A stretch of DNA of 64,000 nucleotides from an uncultured Gammaproteobacteria bacterium. GTDB lineage: Bacteria; Pseudomonadota; Gammaproteobacteria; Steroidobacterales; Steroidobacteraceae. The stretch's first letter is position 1. Each line of letters begins with the position of its first letter. The DNA is taken from positions 50,828 through 114,827 of the forward strand of contig CAVZJP010000001.1 in NCBI GenBank assembly GCA_963775565.1, read 5' to 3'. Under the pieces are notes generated by a model that saw only the letters and a program-made list of their open reading frames with translations, was not told the origin of the DNA and did no database searches. Positions 10,034-21,349 of this stretch are shown one piece after another. A program made the position numbers and the translations under genes.

Positions 10034-12288
10034 CTAGGCGGGCGACACCTCGAGTCGGTCAACCTGCTTGTAGGCGCGCGAAAATCGTTGCCGGCGATGT
10101 CCCTTCCTATCCTCGAACTGCTTGAGCTCCTCGAACTTGAGCTTCATCGGCGCGCTGTTGCCGCTGTAGATCGTCAGGATCTCGCCGGGCGCGACCACCG
10201 CCATCGCGACCAGATATTCGTCGCGTTCGGCTGATTTCTTGCCCGGAATTCCAAACAGGTTCTGCCCCTTGCCGGCGGTCAACTCCTCGATGCCGCTCGC
10301 CGGCAGCGCCAGCACCTCGCCGTCGTTGTTGACGAAGATGGCCAGTGCTTCACGGTTGCTCAAGGGCTGCGCCGGTAATACGCATGCGCTTTCTCCGGCA
10401 CCTTCAGCACCGACTTGCCTTTCTTATTGCGCGCGTACAGCTCGCGCAGCTTGACCGCGAATCCATAGCCGGCGTCGCTGGCCAGCAGCCACGTATCATC
10501 CGGTTCGCCGATCAACACGGCGGCGAAGGTCGCCCCGTCCGGCGGATCCACCGTTCCGGAGAGCGGCTCGCCATAGCCGCGGGCGGCGGGCAGCTGATGT
10601 GCATCCAGGCTGTAAGCGCGGCCGGTGGAATCGATGAAGACCGCCTGCTGCAGATTGCGGCCCTTCGCGGCGGCCTGAAATTCATCGCCGCTCTTGTAGC
10701 TCAGGGCGCGGACATCGATATCATGTCCCTTGGCGGCCCGCACCCAGCCCAAACGCGACAGCACCACGGTGGTCGGTTCGCTCGAGATCAAATCGACCTC
10801 GGCGATGGCCTGCGCGGCCTCGCGTTCCACCAGCTTGGTGCGCCGCGCATCGCCGTGTTCCTCGGCGTCCTCCAACAACTCCTCACGCACCAGCTTGGTG
10901 AGCCGCGCCTTGCTCTTCAGGATACGGTCGATCTCATCGCGCTCCTCGGCGAGCTTTTTCTGCTCCTCGCGGATTTTCATTTCTTCGAGGCGCGCCAGAT
11001 GGCGAAGCTTGGTTTCGAGAATGGCCTCGGCCTGTTCATCGCTGAGCTTGAAGCGCTTGATCAGCACCGGTTTCGGCTGATCCTCGGTACGCACGATGCG
11101 AATGACCTCATCCAGGTTCAGAAAAGCGATGAGCAGGCCGTCGAGAATGTGCAGGCGCGCCGACAGCTTCTCGTGACGGAACTTGAGGCGTCGCGTCACC
11201 GTGCCTTTGCGAAACTCCAGCCACTCCAGCAGCAGCGCCTTCAATCCCATGACCCGCGGACGCCCGTCGAGAGCGATGACGTTCAGGTTGACGCGATAGT
11301 TGCGCTCCAGATCCGTGGTCGCGAACAAATGCACCATCAGTTCGGTGGTGTCGACGCGGTTGGATTTGGGCACGATGACCAGGCGCGTCGGATTTTCGTG
11401 ATCCGACTCGTCGCGAATGTCATCCACCATGGGCAGCTTTTTCTGCTGCATTTGCGCCGCGATCTGCTCCTGGATCTTGCTGCCGGAGGCCTGGAAGGGC
11501 AGCGCATCGATGACGATCTCGCCGTCCTCGATCTCGTAGGTGGCGCGCGCCCGAAAGCTGCCCGTGCCGCTGTCGTACATCTGCACCAGATCCGCGCGCG
11601 GCGAGACGATCTCGCCGCCGGTGGGCAGATCCGGGCCCTTGATGTGCGCCAGCAATTTGCGGGTGGTGAGGTCGGGGTCATCCAGCAGAGCCACGCAGGC
11701 GTTCACCACCTCGCGCAGGTTGTGCGGCGGAATATCGGTGGCCATGCCCACCGCGATGCCTGAGCCGCCGTTGAGCAGCAGATTCGGCACCCGCGCCGGC
11801 AGCATGGTGGGCTCATCCAGCGAGCCGTCGAAATTCGGCGCCCACTCCACCGTGCTCGACCCCAGCTCCTGCAGCAGCAAGTCCGCGTAGCGCGTCAGGC
11901 GCGACTCGGTATAGCGCATGGCCGCGAAGGATTTAGGATCGTCGGTCGACCCCCAGTTGCCCTGTCCGTCCACGATGGGATAGCGATAGGAGAAATCCTG
12001 CGCCATGTGCACCATGGCCTCGTAACAGGCCGAATCGCCGTGCGGATGAAACTTGCCGATCACATCGCCGACGGTACGCGCCGACTTTTTGTGCTTTGAG
12101 CCCGCCGCCAGGCCGAGTTCGCTCATGGCGTAGGTGATGCGCCGCTGCACCGGCTTCAAGCCGTCGCCCAGGGCAGGCAGGGCGCGGTCCAGAATCACAT
12201 ACATCGAATAGTCGAGATAGGCGCGTTCGGCGAAGGACTTCAGCGATTCCTTTTCGATGCCCTCGAAGTTCAGTTCCTGGTCTTTCAT
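10034..12288 (-). pseudogene. parC: DNA topoisomerase IV subunit A, frame broken by one missing base near 10376-10386
   Basis: ORF 10360..12288 encodes [50 protein letters not shown]. The C-terminal beta-pinwheel continues in ORF 10034..10363 ([27 protein letters not shown] ...). The span is 2255 nt (3n-1). It is immediately downstream of parE. Confidence 0.9.
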
Positions 12289-12291
12289 TGG

Positions 12292-14181
12292 CTAAAGCTG
12301 CGCGAGATTGCCCTTGGCCTCCAGCCATTCGCGACGATCGGCGGCCCGCTTCTTGGCGAGCAGCATGTCGAACAGCTGGTCCGGATTGTCCTTCGCATCG
12401 ATGGTGAGCTGCACCAAGCGCCGGGTCTGGGGCGCCATGGTGGTCTCGCGCAATTGCGTGGCACTCATCTCGCCCAATCCCTTGAAGCGCGTCACCACCG
12501 CCTTGGTGCGCGAATTGGCCTCGGCAATCCGCTTCAGCGCCTTGTCGCGCTCGGGCTCATCGAGGGCATACACGACCTCCTTGCCCGCATCGATACGAAA
12601 CAGCGGCGGCATGCAGACATACACATGCCCCGCGATCACCAATGGCCGGTAGTGGCGCAGGAACAGCGCGCAGAGCAGCGTGGCGATGTGCTGCCCGTCG
12701 CTGTCGGCATCCGCCAGGATGCAGATCTTGTGATAACGCAGGCCGGACAGATCCGACGTGGCTGGATCCACTCCAATCGCGATGCTGATGTTGTGCACCT
12801 CCTGGGATTGCAGCACCTCGCCGATGTCGGCCTCCCAGGTGTTCAGGATCTTGCCGCGCAGCGGCATGATGGCCTGCGTCACGCGATCGCGCGCCTGCTT
12901 GGCGGAACCGCCGGCGGAGTCGCCCTCCACCAGAAACAACTCGCCGCGCTCCGGATCTTGACTGACGCAATCGGCCAGTTTTCCCGGCAATGCGGGCCCG
13001 GCCACGATGCGCTTGCGCGCAACCTTCTGGCTGTCCTTGAACCGCTGCTGTGCATTGGCGATCGCCAGCATCGCAATTTTCTCGCCTTGATCCGCATGCT
13101 GATTGAGCCAGAGCGCGAAGGCATCCTTGATCACACCCTGCACGATTCCGGCCGACTCGCGTGAGGAAAGCTTTTCCTTGGTTTGGCCGGCGAATTGTGG
13201 ATCGCGCATTTTCATCGACAGCACGAAGCTCACGCCGTCCCATACATCTTCCGGGGTCAGCTTCAACCCGCGCGGCACCAGGTTGCGGAATTCGCAGAAT
13301 TCCCGCACCGCATCCGCCGCGCCCGCGCGCAAGCCGTTGACATGCGTGCCGCCTTCCGTCGTGGGGATCAAATTGACATAGCTCTCGGTGATGCCCTGCT
13401 CCGACTGAAGCACCCAGGCGAATGCCCAATCGAGCGAGCCGCCTTCGATATCGCGCTTGCCGTAGAAGGTATCGGGAGGAAGCCATTCGCCCTTGCCCAA
13501 TTGCTCCGCCAAGTACTCGTGCAGTCCGCCGGTGTACACCCAGGTGTCGGTTTCGCCGGTGATTTCATTCTTGAGCGTGACACGCAATTTCGGACAGAGC
13601 ACCGCCTTGGCACGCAGCACCTGCTTGAGCTTGGGGATGGCGAATTTGTCCGTATCGAAATACTTCGGGTCCGGCCAGAAGCGGATGGTCGTGCCGCTGC
13701 GGGACTTCGGCACGTCGCCGACCACCTCGAGCTTGGAGGTCGCCTTGCCGCCGGCGAAACTGATGTTGTATTCCTTGCCGCCGCGCCGCACCCAGCACTC
13801 CAGATTCTTCGAGAGCGCGTTGACCACCGACACGCCGACGCCATGCAGGCCGCCGGCATGCTGGTAGGTCTTGTCGTTGAATTTTCCGCCCGCGTGCAGG
13901 CGGGTCAGTATCAATTCGACGCCGCTCACCTTCTCCTTCGGATGGATGTCGACCGGCATGCCGCGGCCGTCGTCCTCGACCTGCAGCGAGCCGTCCTTGA
14001 ACACGGTGACGTCGATGTTCTTGCAATAACCATTGATGGCCTCATCGACGCTGTTGTCGATGACCTCGTGCGCGAGATGATTCGGACGCGTGGTGTCGGT
14101 GTACATGCCCGGCCGGCGGCGCACCGGATCCAAGCCGCTCAGTACCTCGATGTCCGAAGCCGTATAAGACGATGCCATCAA
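12292..14181 (-). CDS. parE: DNA topoisomerase IV subunit B
   Basis: Intact 629-aa ORF with GHKL ATPase and Toprim motifs: GLDPVRRRPGMYT, HEVIDNSVDE, EDDGRGMP, LFLVEGDSAGGSAKQ, ILADADSDGQHI. It lies 3 nt upstream of parC. Confidence 0.93.
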   Translation of the reverse strand: MMASSYTASDIEVLSGLDPVRRRPGMYTDTTRPNHLAHEVIDNSVDEAINGYCKNIDVTVFKDGSLQVEDDGRGMPVDIHPKEKVSGVELILTRLHAGGKFNDKTYQHAGGLHGVGVSVVNALSKNLECWVRRGGKEYNISFAGGKATSKLEVVGDVPKSRSGTTIRFWPDPKYFDTDKFAIPKLKQVLRAKAVLCPKLRVTLKNEITGETDTWVYTGGLHEYLAEQLGKGEWLPPDTFYGKRDIEGGSLDWAFAWVLQSEQGITESYVNLIPTTEGGTHVNGLRAGAADAVREFCEFRNLVPRGLKLTPEDVWDGVSFVLSMKMRDPQFAGQTKEKLSSRESAGIVQGVIKDAFALWLNQHADQGEKIAMLAIANAQQRFKDSQKVARKRIVAGPALPGKLADCVSQDPERGELFLVEGDSAGGSAKQARDRVTQAIMPLRGKILNTWEADIGEVLQSQEVHNISIAIGVDPATSDLSGLRYHKICILADADSDGQHIATLLCALFLRHYRPLVIAGHVYVCMPPLFRIDAGKEVVYALDEPERDKALKRIAEANSRTKAVVTRFKGLGEMSATQLRETTMAPQTRRLVQLTIDAKDNPDQLFDMLLAKKRAADRREWLEAKGNLAQL

Positions 14182-14279
14182 TTACCTCATCTGGAAGGCG
14201 CCGGAGTCTAGCATGCGCGTTGCCCCCGGCAGGCGATTCGGCTATCTTGCCGCGCGTGGGAATCGCAAACCAGCAGAAC

Positions 14280-14522
14280 ATGAATCGCACCATTCCGGTA
14301 CTGCCGCAACCCTACGGCATTCGCGTGCGGCTGCGGCCGGGCGATCCGTTCGCCAAGCTGGTCGGCGGCGATTGGCAGAAGACTCATTGGTACTTCACCG
14401 CCGCGGAGCGCGATCTCATGCTCGATGACATGTCGCGCAAGCACGAATATTCGCGCATCGGCGACCAGCCCGCGCTGGTATTCGAGAAAGTGGAGAAACT
14501 CGGCGAGAGCCGCAGCTTCTAG
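14280..14522 (+). CDS. Small conserved hypothetical protein (about 80 aa)
   Basis: The internal ATG at 14280 of ORF 14172..14522 gives MNRTIPVLPQPYGIRVRLRPGDPFAKLVGGDWQKTHWYFTAAERDLMLDDMSRKHEYSRI. The composition looks protein-like but I recognise no family. Confidence 0.45.
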   Translation: MNRTIPVLPQPYGIRVRLRPGDPFAKLVGGDWQKTHWYFTAAERDLMLDDMSRKHEYSRIGDQPALVFEKVEKLGESRSF

Positions 14523-14537
14523 GAGCCTGCCAACGCC

Positions 14538-16818
14538 TCAAAAGGTTCGGCCGAGAAATAGATAATAGTTGGCGTGGCCGCCGGTATCGTAGCCCGAACC
14601 CAGGTAGACCGGCCCTAAGAAAGTGTCGAGCGCCACGAACAACGAGGCATCCTTGTGCGCCGAGGCGAAACTCATGTCGCCGCGATTCTGCCAGGTATTA
14701 CCGGCCTCCAGCGACATGCCCAAATACACGGGAAAATCAAAGAAGCCTTCGCCGCCGCGGCTGACCCTGCGAAAGTAGATGGCGCGCGCGATTGCATAAT
14801 TCGGACCGTACAGGGAGGATGGCGCCAGACCCGACAAGTTGAAGAATCCGCCCAGCGAGTACAAATTGGGCAGCGCCGTCGGACTGATCGTACCGCTCGG
14901 GACGATGCCCGCGGATGCCCAGAGCAGAACGGTATTGCGGCCGAGCGACCGCGCCAGCAGCCAATCGCCCTGCAATTTGTCGTAATCGCTGTCTGCGCCC
15001 AGGTTGGTTCGATTGGCCTCCCATTGCACGTCAAACTTTTGGCCGTCGCGCGGGAAATGATTGTTGTCCAGACGGTCGTAGCTGAACTTGAAAAAGATTT
15101 CGCCGTTGTTGTACTGGGGTTCCACCAGCGTCGGGTCGCCCAGACGCACGGTGACGGATCCGTTGGTCCGGTGATATCCGACCCGGATTTCGCCCCAGTT
15201 GCCGAGGTTGCGGCCGATGTCGAAATCGCCTTCCGCCTCGCGATCCCGATACTCGGCAACTTCGACGTTATTCGTGTAGACCTGTAGATCGCGCGCCTCG
15301 ATGCGTGCAGCCGGCGCCACGAACCAGGTTCGTTCCGCGTTGAGCGGCTGGTAATACTCGCTCGCGACCTTCGGATCGCTGCCGATCTGCACATCGGTGA
15401 CCAGTTCGGCGCCGAGCGTGTCCAGTTCCGTCAAGATGAAGCGTGCCGCCGCGTTATAGCGGCTGTTGCCCTGGAAATTGTCCGCCAGGCTCAGACCGAA
15501 GCGCACGTAGTTCGGCCCCCAGGACTTGCGCCGCGCCCGCACCTCCAGTCCCGATTGCTCATCATCGCCTTCGCCTTCGGTCACCAGCGAATAGTCCAGG
15601 GTCTCGAAATTGCCCAGCCCGTACAGCTCCGTGACCCGCGCGCTGACCGCCTCGCTGTTGAGCGGTTTGCCCACGAGCGGCTGCATTTCCGCCAGAATGG
15701 TCTTCTCGTAGCGCTTGGATTGCGCATCGACGCGGACGAATTTGATGTCAGGGAGTCCGGGTTCGCGGGCAGCGCGCCGCGTCAAATACTCCGCATAGGC
15801 CGCATCGCTCACGCGCAGGTCATCGAGCCGCCATAGCAACCTTGCGCGCCGCATTTTCGCCGGCGGCAATGGCACCGATCGCTCCGGTGAAATCGGTGGA
15901 ACTGGTCGAACCCAGCGCAGGCTCGATCAGTATGTCCGATGCACTTAAGGTGGCGCGTTGCCGATCCGCATCCTTGCGCAGCAAGATCGCCAGCATCTGA
16001 TTGGAGATGGTGAGCGCGGTATCGAGCGCCTCGCGATCCTGCAGCGGAAAAGTCACGTCCGAGACGATGAGGATATCCGCGTGCATGGCCCGCGCCACGT
16101 CGATCGGCAGGTTCTCCGACAGGCCACCGTCGACCAACAACTGGCCGTGCAGGTCGACGGGCGAGAACAGCCCGGGGGCCGACACGCTGGCGCGCATGGC
16201 GATCGCCAGATCTCCCTGATCCAGGAGTACCCCATTGCCGCTGACCAAATCCGTCGCGACCGCCCGGAACGGCGTGGGCAGCGCATCGAATTGCGCGCCG
16301 CCGCTGAACGGTAGCGTGAGTTGACGCAGCGTTTCCTGTAATTTTTGCCCTTGAATGAAGCCCTTCGGCAGCAGAATTTTCCCGTGCTTCAATCCAAACG
16401 GAAGCCGCACGAGAAAATTTTCGTCATCCTGCTTGCGCCTGAACGCCAGGTCGCTGCGCGGCGGCGCGTCGCGAAATGCGTCCTGCCAATTCACCGAACG
16501 GATGGCGGTATCGATTTGCGCTGCCGTCATGCCGCTGGCGTACAGCCCGCCGACAACGGCACCCATGCTGGTGCCGGCAATGCAGTCGATGGGGACTTTC
16601 AACTCCTCCAGAATCTTGAGCACGCCGACGTGCGCTATGCCGCGCGCGCCCCCGCCGGATAGCACCAGGCAGATCCGTGGACGAACCAGAGGCGCGGTTG
16701 TCGCGGGCTGGGCGGCAGGCACGGCGGCAGGCTGGGCGGCAGGCTCGGCGCCTATCGCGCACTGGCAGCCCGCGGCCAGCGCATAGGCCAACGCAATCCG
16801 AAACTTAAGCTTCCCCAT
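14538..16818 (-). pseudogene. PlpD-like patatin phospholipase fused to POTRA/Omp85 beta-barrel (type Vd autotransporter), frame broken by one extra base near 15836-15846
   Basis: ORF 15820..16818 encodes a signal peptide and the patatin catalytic motifs GGGARG, GTSMG and VDGG. ORF 14538..15875 encodes a POTRA-like segment and a barrel ending YYLFLGRTF with an aromatic terminus. The junction reads GENAAR | LLWRLDDLRVSD. The span is 2281 nt (3n+1). Confidence 0.75.
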
Positions 16819-16832
16819 GTTGGGGAGATAGT

Positions 16833-18796
16833 TTAGATCACCACGCTGATTCTGCTAGCGGTAAAAGTGTTGGTGGCGCGGTTGAAAAGGCCGGTCGCCA
16901 CGAACTTCGTTGCCGACGTGGGTGCGGCGAGAGTCGTTTGCATGTGGGTCACGAAGTCCGTAAAGCTGTTGAAACACTCGATCGGAACGATGGTGGTGGC
17001 TTCCGGAGTCGCGCCGGGCCCCGCCGAAAACAGGGGTAGCAACACCGCAGGCAAACCGGCCGCGGGCGGCGGCGGCACCAGCGGAACGACCTGCGGCGTC
17101 GCGCTCAATGTGGTGATATCGATGCTCTCGGCGCCGACTCGAATCTGTCCGGAGGCGAACGCCGCATTGGTGAGGTCGATCGTCAAGCCGCTGTCCGTCA
17201 AGGTCGCGAAAGGCGCGGCGGTCCCCGGATTGGTCCAATCGACTTCCATGATCGCCGGCACGGCGGACTCGGCGTTGACATCCCGCGCAAGGAAATCCGG
17301 CGGCGCGCTCCCGAACGGCGAGCTATAACCGTCGCTCCAGAGCGGATCGCCTGCTGCGGCAGCAGGCAGCGTCAGTGCGCCGGTGTTGATCAGATAGTTG
17401 GCAGGCACCGGATCTTGCGCCGAACCCGTACCGTTGCCGGCGAAATTGTAGACGCTGACCGGCCAGTTCTGGATGGCCTGCAGGTTCAACGACAGGCTGC
17501 CGGCGCCTGAGGAAATCATCGAACCGAAAACCTGCGTCGACTGCAGGCGCACCGAGCCCGTGTTCGTTTGCGACGCTCCGGTCGCATCGATCACCACAGC
17601 TCCCGCTGCATCGAGGGTGACGAGGCCGCGCGCGGTGATGTGCTGGCCGACGGAAATGGAGTTGTAGTCCAGAGGACCCAGGGTGGCGACACCATCGGCG
17701 GTCACGAGAGTGGGCGGGCCCACGACGACCTGCGCGTCCAACTCCTCGAATTGAACCAGCTGGGCGGCATTGATGGTCAAGGTCGAGCCGCGCAGGGTCA
17801 GGGTGTTGCCGTTTCGCGCAATGACATCGCCTTCGATACCGCTGGTGTAGAAATCCTCCAGAGTACTGCCGGCAATGACATAGGTCGGGTTGAATAGTCC
17901 GGCGGTGACGCCCGGCTGCAGGGTCGCCGTCGGCTGAAACGTACTGTACCCCGCGATGAGGGTGGAGCCCGCCGAGTATTGGGAGAGGGCAGCGAGCCCG
18001 GGGGCGCCGACATAGGCAAGGCCGGCCTCCGTATAGACGGTATTTGCGTATTGAACAAGGTCAGCGTACCCAAGCTGCTGACTTCGTCGAAGAACGGTCG
18101 CACCACGACAGTATACGTGCCGACATCGGGATTCGAGTTGATCAATGCGCCGCGTACGCGGATCAACTTGCTGTCGGATGGCGCGGTCGACACCGTAAAA
18201 TAAGGTGCGATCGTGACCGTCGGCGGACTGGTGGCCAGGTTCACCGAGCTCGATGCCGCAAGCTCATAGTTGAAGGCGAGCCGCAGCGCATTGCTGGTGA
18301 ACTCGGTGGTCGTCAGCGTAAGTTCATTGCTGGGATCGAGGTCCACGGTAATGTTCACCGTGGTGAGCGGGGTGTTCGTGGGATCGACGACGGTCGCCTG
18401 TACCGGCGCACCGTTGACCATCACGGCGATATTCGCGTTCGTGAAGTCCATCGTGATGACCGCCGAAGTATAAGTATCGACGGGAATGTTCGCGCTCGAC
18501 CACAACTCCGAGTAGCTGGAGAGCCTGGCAAAGTCGATGATCTCGGGAGTCGCGATCGCGGTGATGCTGCCGTAGGTTTTGCCGACGAGGAGCACGGAAT
18601 CCACCGTGACCAAGTAGCTCGCAAAAGGACTTGGCTCGTTGGTCAGGGAGATCCAGGCGACGCCGTAGCCGCTGTTCTGGTTATTGTTGTGGCAGCCGGC
18701 TGCAAACAATCCGAATGCGCCCGCCAACAGGAGCGCTGCCGCATGTTTTCCAGTCTTGCCAATGAGCGATAGGTGCACTGCATCTTCCATTTTCAA
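16833..18796 (-). pseudogene. Large lipoprotein, N-terminal DUF4382-like domain, frame broken by one missing base near 18050-18065
   Basis: ORF 17798..18796 has a lipobox (LFAAGC) and Ig-like strand-rich sequence up to EVSSLGTLT, after which it turns into Pro/Arg/Ser junk. My translation of the third frame continues LVQYANTVYTEAGLAYVGAPGLAALSQYSAGSTLIAGYSTFQPTATL ... directly into ORF 16833..17780. The span is 1964 nt (3n-1). The family call is from memory only. Confidence 0.5.
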
Positions 18797-18875
18797 AAGG
18801 GGGAGTTGAGGTTAGGGCTGCGTAGAATAAAGGCTTTCGAGACTCTGCGCGCAGCAAAGTTCCATTTTGCGGCGT

Positions 18876-19976
18876 TTAACGCCCGATGGGACGCGGCACC
18901 TGCTGGGTAATGCAGTGAATATTGCCGCCTCCCAGCAATATCTCGCGGGTCGCGACGCCCACGACGGCGCGGCCTGGAAACAGGCGTTTGAGCGCGCGCA
19001 TTGCCGCTGCGTCGCGCCGCTTGTCATATAGCGGCATGACGACTCGCTTGTTCGCAACGTAGAAGTTGATGTACGAAGCGGCCAACCGATCGCCGGCGCG
19101 GCGCGGGTGGCTGCCGGAGTGATCATCGATGCCCGCCGCTTCCTCGGCGGTCATGTACAAAGGGCCGGGCTGGTGGATCTTATGGATCTCCAGGCTGCGG
19201 CCGCGCGCGTCCTTGGCCAGTCGCAGCCGCTGCAGAGCATCGCGGGAAATATCGAATTGCGGATCCGCACGATCGTCGGTCCACGTCAGAGCGACGTGCC
19301 CGGGACTGGTGAAGCAGGCGAGTTCGTCGATGTGCCCGCCGGTTTCGTCGCGGTACACGCCCTTGCCCAGCCAAATCACCCGGCTCACGCCCAGGTAGCG
19401 GCGCAGCTGCATCTCGATGTCGTCGCGCGACAAGTCCGGGTTGCGATTCGGATTGAGCAGGCATTCCTCCGTGGTCAGGCAGGTCCCCTGACCATCCACG
19501 TGAATCGCACCGCCTTCCAGCACCAGTTGCGCACGGTAGCGATCGGCGTCCTCGATCTCAAGGACCTTTTGCGCCACCTCGTCATCGCGGTTCCAAGGAA
19601 AATACAATCCGCCCTTGAGTCCCCCCCAGGCATTGAAGCGCCAATCGACTCCGCGCCGGCGTCCCTTCGCGTCGATGACAAAGGTCGGGCCGCAATCCCT
19701 CATCCAGGCATCGTCGCTGCTGATTTCAACCACGCGCACGCCGTGCGGCAATCGCGCGCGCGCATTGTGAAACTGCGCGGCGGACGCGCCGACCGTTACG
19801 GGTTCGCCGCCGGCGATCGCGGTTGCGACCGCGGCGAAAGCTGCCTGCGCGGGTTTGGCGCCGGCGCGCCAATGGTCCGGCCGCTCCGGCCACAGCATCC
19901 AGCAGCCCGAGTGCCGTTCGAACTCGGCGGGCATGCGAAAGCCGTCCCGCACAGGGGTTGATGAAAGAGTGCGCAA
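18876..19976 (-). CDS. aguA: Agmatine deiminase
   Basis: The 366-aa ORF reads [30 protein letters not shown] ... NAWGG ... [12 protein letters not shown] ... ETGGHIDE ... [11 protein letters not shown], including the catalytic Cys. It has a TTG start. Confidence 0.9.
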   Translation of the reverse strand: MRTLSSTPVRDGFRMPAEFERHSGCWMLWPERPDHWRAGAKPAQAAFAAVATAIAGGEPVTVGASAAQFHNARARLPHGVRVVEISSDDAWMRDCGPTFVIDAKGRRRGVDWRFNAWGGLKGGLYFPWNRDDEVAQKVLEIEDADRYRAQLVLEGGAIHVDGQGTCLTTEECLLNPNRNPDLSRDDIEMQLRRYLGVSRVIWLGKGVYRDETGGHIDELACFTSPGHVALTWTDDRADPQFDISRDALQRLRLAKDARGRSLEIHKIHQPGPLYMTAEEAAGIDDHSGSHPRRAGDRLAASYINFYVANKRVVMPLYDKRRDAAAMRALKRLFPGRAVVGVATREILLGGGNIHCITQQVPRPIGR

Positions 19977-20032
19977 TGCTTAAGTCTCCGGTCGCGCATG
20001 CTAGCATTGCGGGCCATTACAGGAGCAACCGA

Positions 20033-21340
20033 ATGCCAGATGTAAAGCCCGTCAAAGTGCAGGTCCCCGCAGGGGGGGAAAGGATCGGCATTTTGAATGG
20101 CAAGCTGCGCGTGCCCGACCAGCCGATCATTCCCTTTATCGAGGGCGATGGCACGGGCCGCGATATCTGGCGCGCGAGCGTGCGCGTGTTCGACGCCGCC
20201 GTGCAAAAGGCTTACGGCGGAAAGCGCAAGATTCATTGGATGGAGGTATTCGCCGGCGAGAAGGCCAACAAGGCCTACAACACCTGGCTGCCGGATGAAA
20301 CCGTCACCGCCTGCCGCGACTATCTGGTCTCGATCAAGGGCCCGCTCACCACGCCGGTGGGCGGCGGGATTCGTTCGCTGAATGTCGCCCTGCGCCAGCT
20401 TTTGGATCTGTATGTGTGCCTGCGGCCGGTGCGATGGTTCAAGGGCGTGCCCTCGCCCGTCAAAACGCCCGAGAAGGTCGACATGGTGATCTTCCGCGAG
20501 AATACCGAAGACATCTACGCCGGTATTGAATTCGAGGCGGGTTCGGCCGAGTGCCAGAAATTTCTGGAACAGTTCAAGCAGAACTTTCCGAAACAGTACG
20601 CGAAGATTCGCTTCCCCGACAGTTCGGGCATCGGACTGAAGCCGGCGTCGCGCGAGGGTACGGAGCGGCTGTTTCGCGCGGCGGTGAAGTACGCGGTCGA
20701 CAATAAGCGCAAGAGCGTGACGATCGTGCACAAGGGCAACATCATGAAATTCACCGAGGGTGCATTTCGCGGCTGGTCCTATGCTCTCGCCGAGAGGGAA
20801 TTCCCGGATCAAGTGTTCACCTGGGAGCAATGGGAGCGCATCAAGGCGCAGAAGGATGAAGATGCGGCGAACGCGCAAATGGCCGCCGCCCGCAAGGCCG
20901 GCAAGATCCTCATCAAGGACGCCATTGCGGACATCACCCTGCAGCAGGTGCTGACACGACCGGATGAATTCGACGTGGTTGCCACGATGAATCTCAACGG
21001 CGACTACTTATCGGACGCCCTCGCCGCGCAGGTCGGCGGGATCGGCATCGCACCGGGCGGCAACGTCAACTACATGACGGGCCATGCGGTGTTCGAGGCA
21101 ACCCACGGCACCGCGCCGAAGTACGCCGACCTCGACAAGGTCAATCCCGGGTCCGTCATCCTGTCGGGCGAGATGATGTTTCGCTACATGGGATGGCTGG
21201 AAGCGGCCGATGCCATCATCGGCGCCATGGACAGAACGATTGCGCAGAAAACCGTGACCTATGACTTCGCGCGCCTGATGCAAGGTGCGACCGAGGTCAA
21301 GTGCAGCGAATTCGGGGATATCCTGATTCGAAATCTTTAG
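20033..21340 (+). CDS. icd: NADP-dependent isocitrate dehydrogenase
   Basis: The internal ATG at 20033 is preceded by AGGAG (20021-20025). The protein reads [18 protein letters not shown] ... [14 protein letters not shown] ... [22 protein letters not shown] ... [10 protein letters not shown]. Confidence 0.93.
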   Translation: MPDVKPVKVQVPAGGERIGILNGKLRVPDQPIIPFIEGDGTGRDIWRASVRVFDAAVQKAYGGKRKIHWMEVFAGEKANKAYNTWLPDETVTACRDYLVSIKGPLTTPVGGGIRSLNVALRQLLDLYVCLRPVRWFKGVPSPVKTPEKVDMVIFRENTEDIYAGIEFEAGSAECQKFLEQFKQNFPKQYAKIRFPDSSGIGLKPASREGTERLFRAAVKYAVDNKRKSVTIVHKGNIMKFTEGAFRGWSYALAEREFPDQVFTWEQWERIKAQKDEDAANAQMAAARKAGKILIKDAIADITLQQVLTRPDEFDVVATMNLNGDYLSDALAAQVGGIGIAPGGNVNYMTGHAVFEATHGTAPKYADLDKVNPGSVILSGEMMFRYMGWLEAADAIIGAMDRTIAQKTVTYDFARLMQGATEVKCSEFGDILIRNL

Positions 21341-21349
21341 CAGCCCCTC

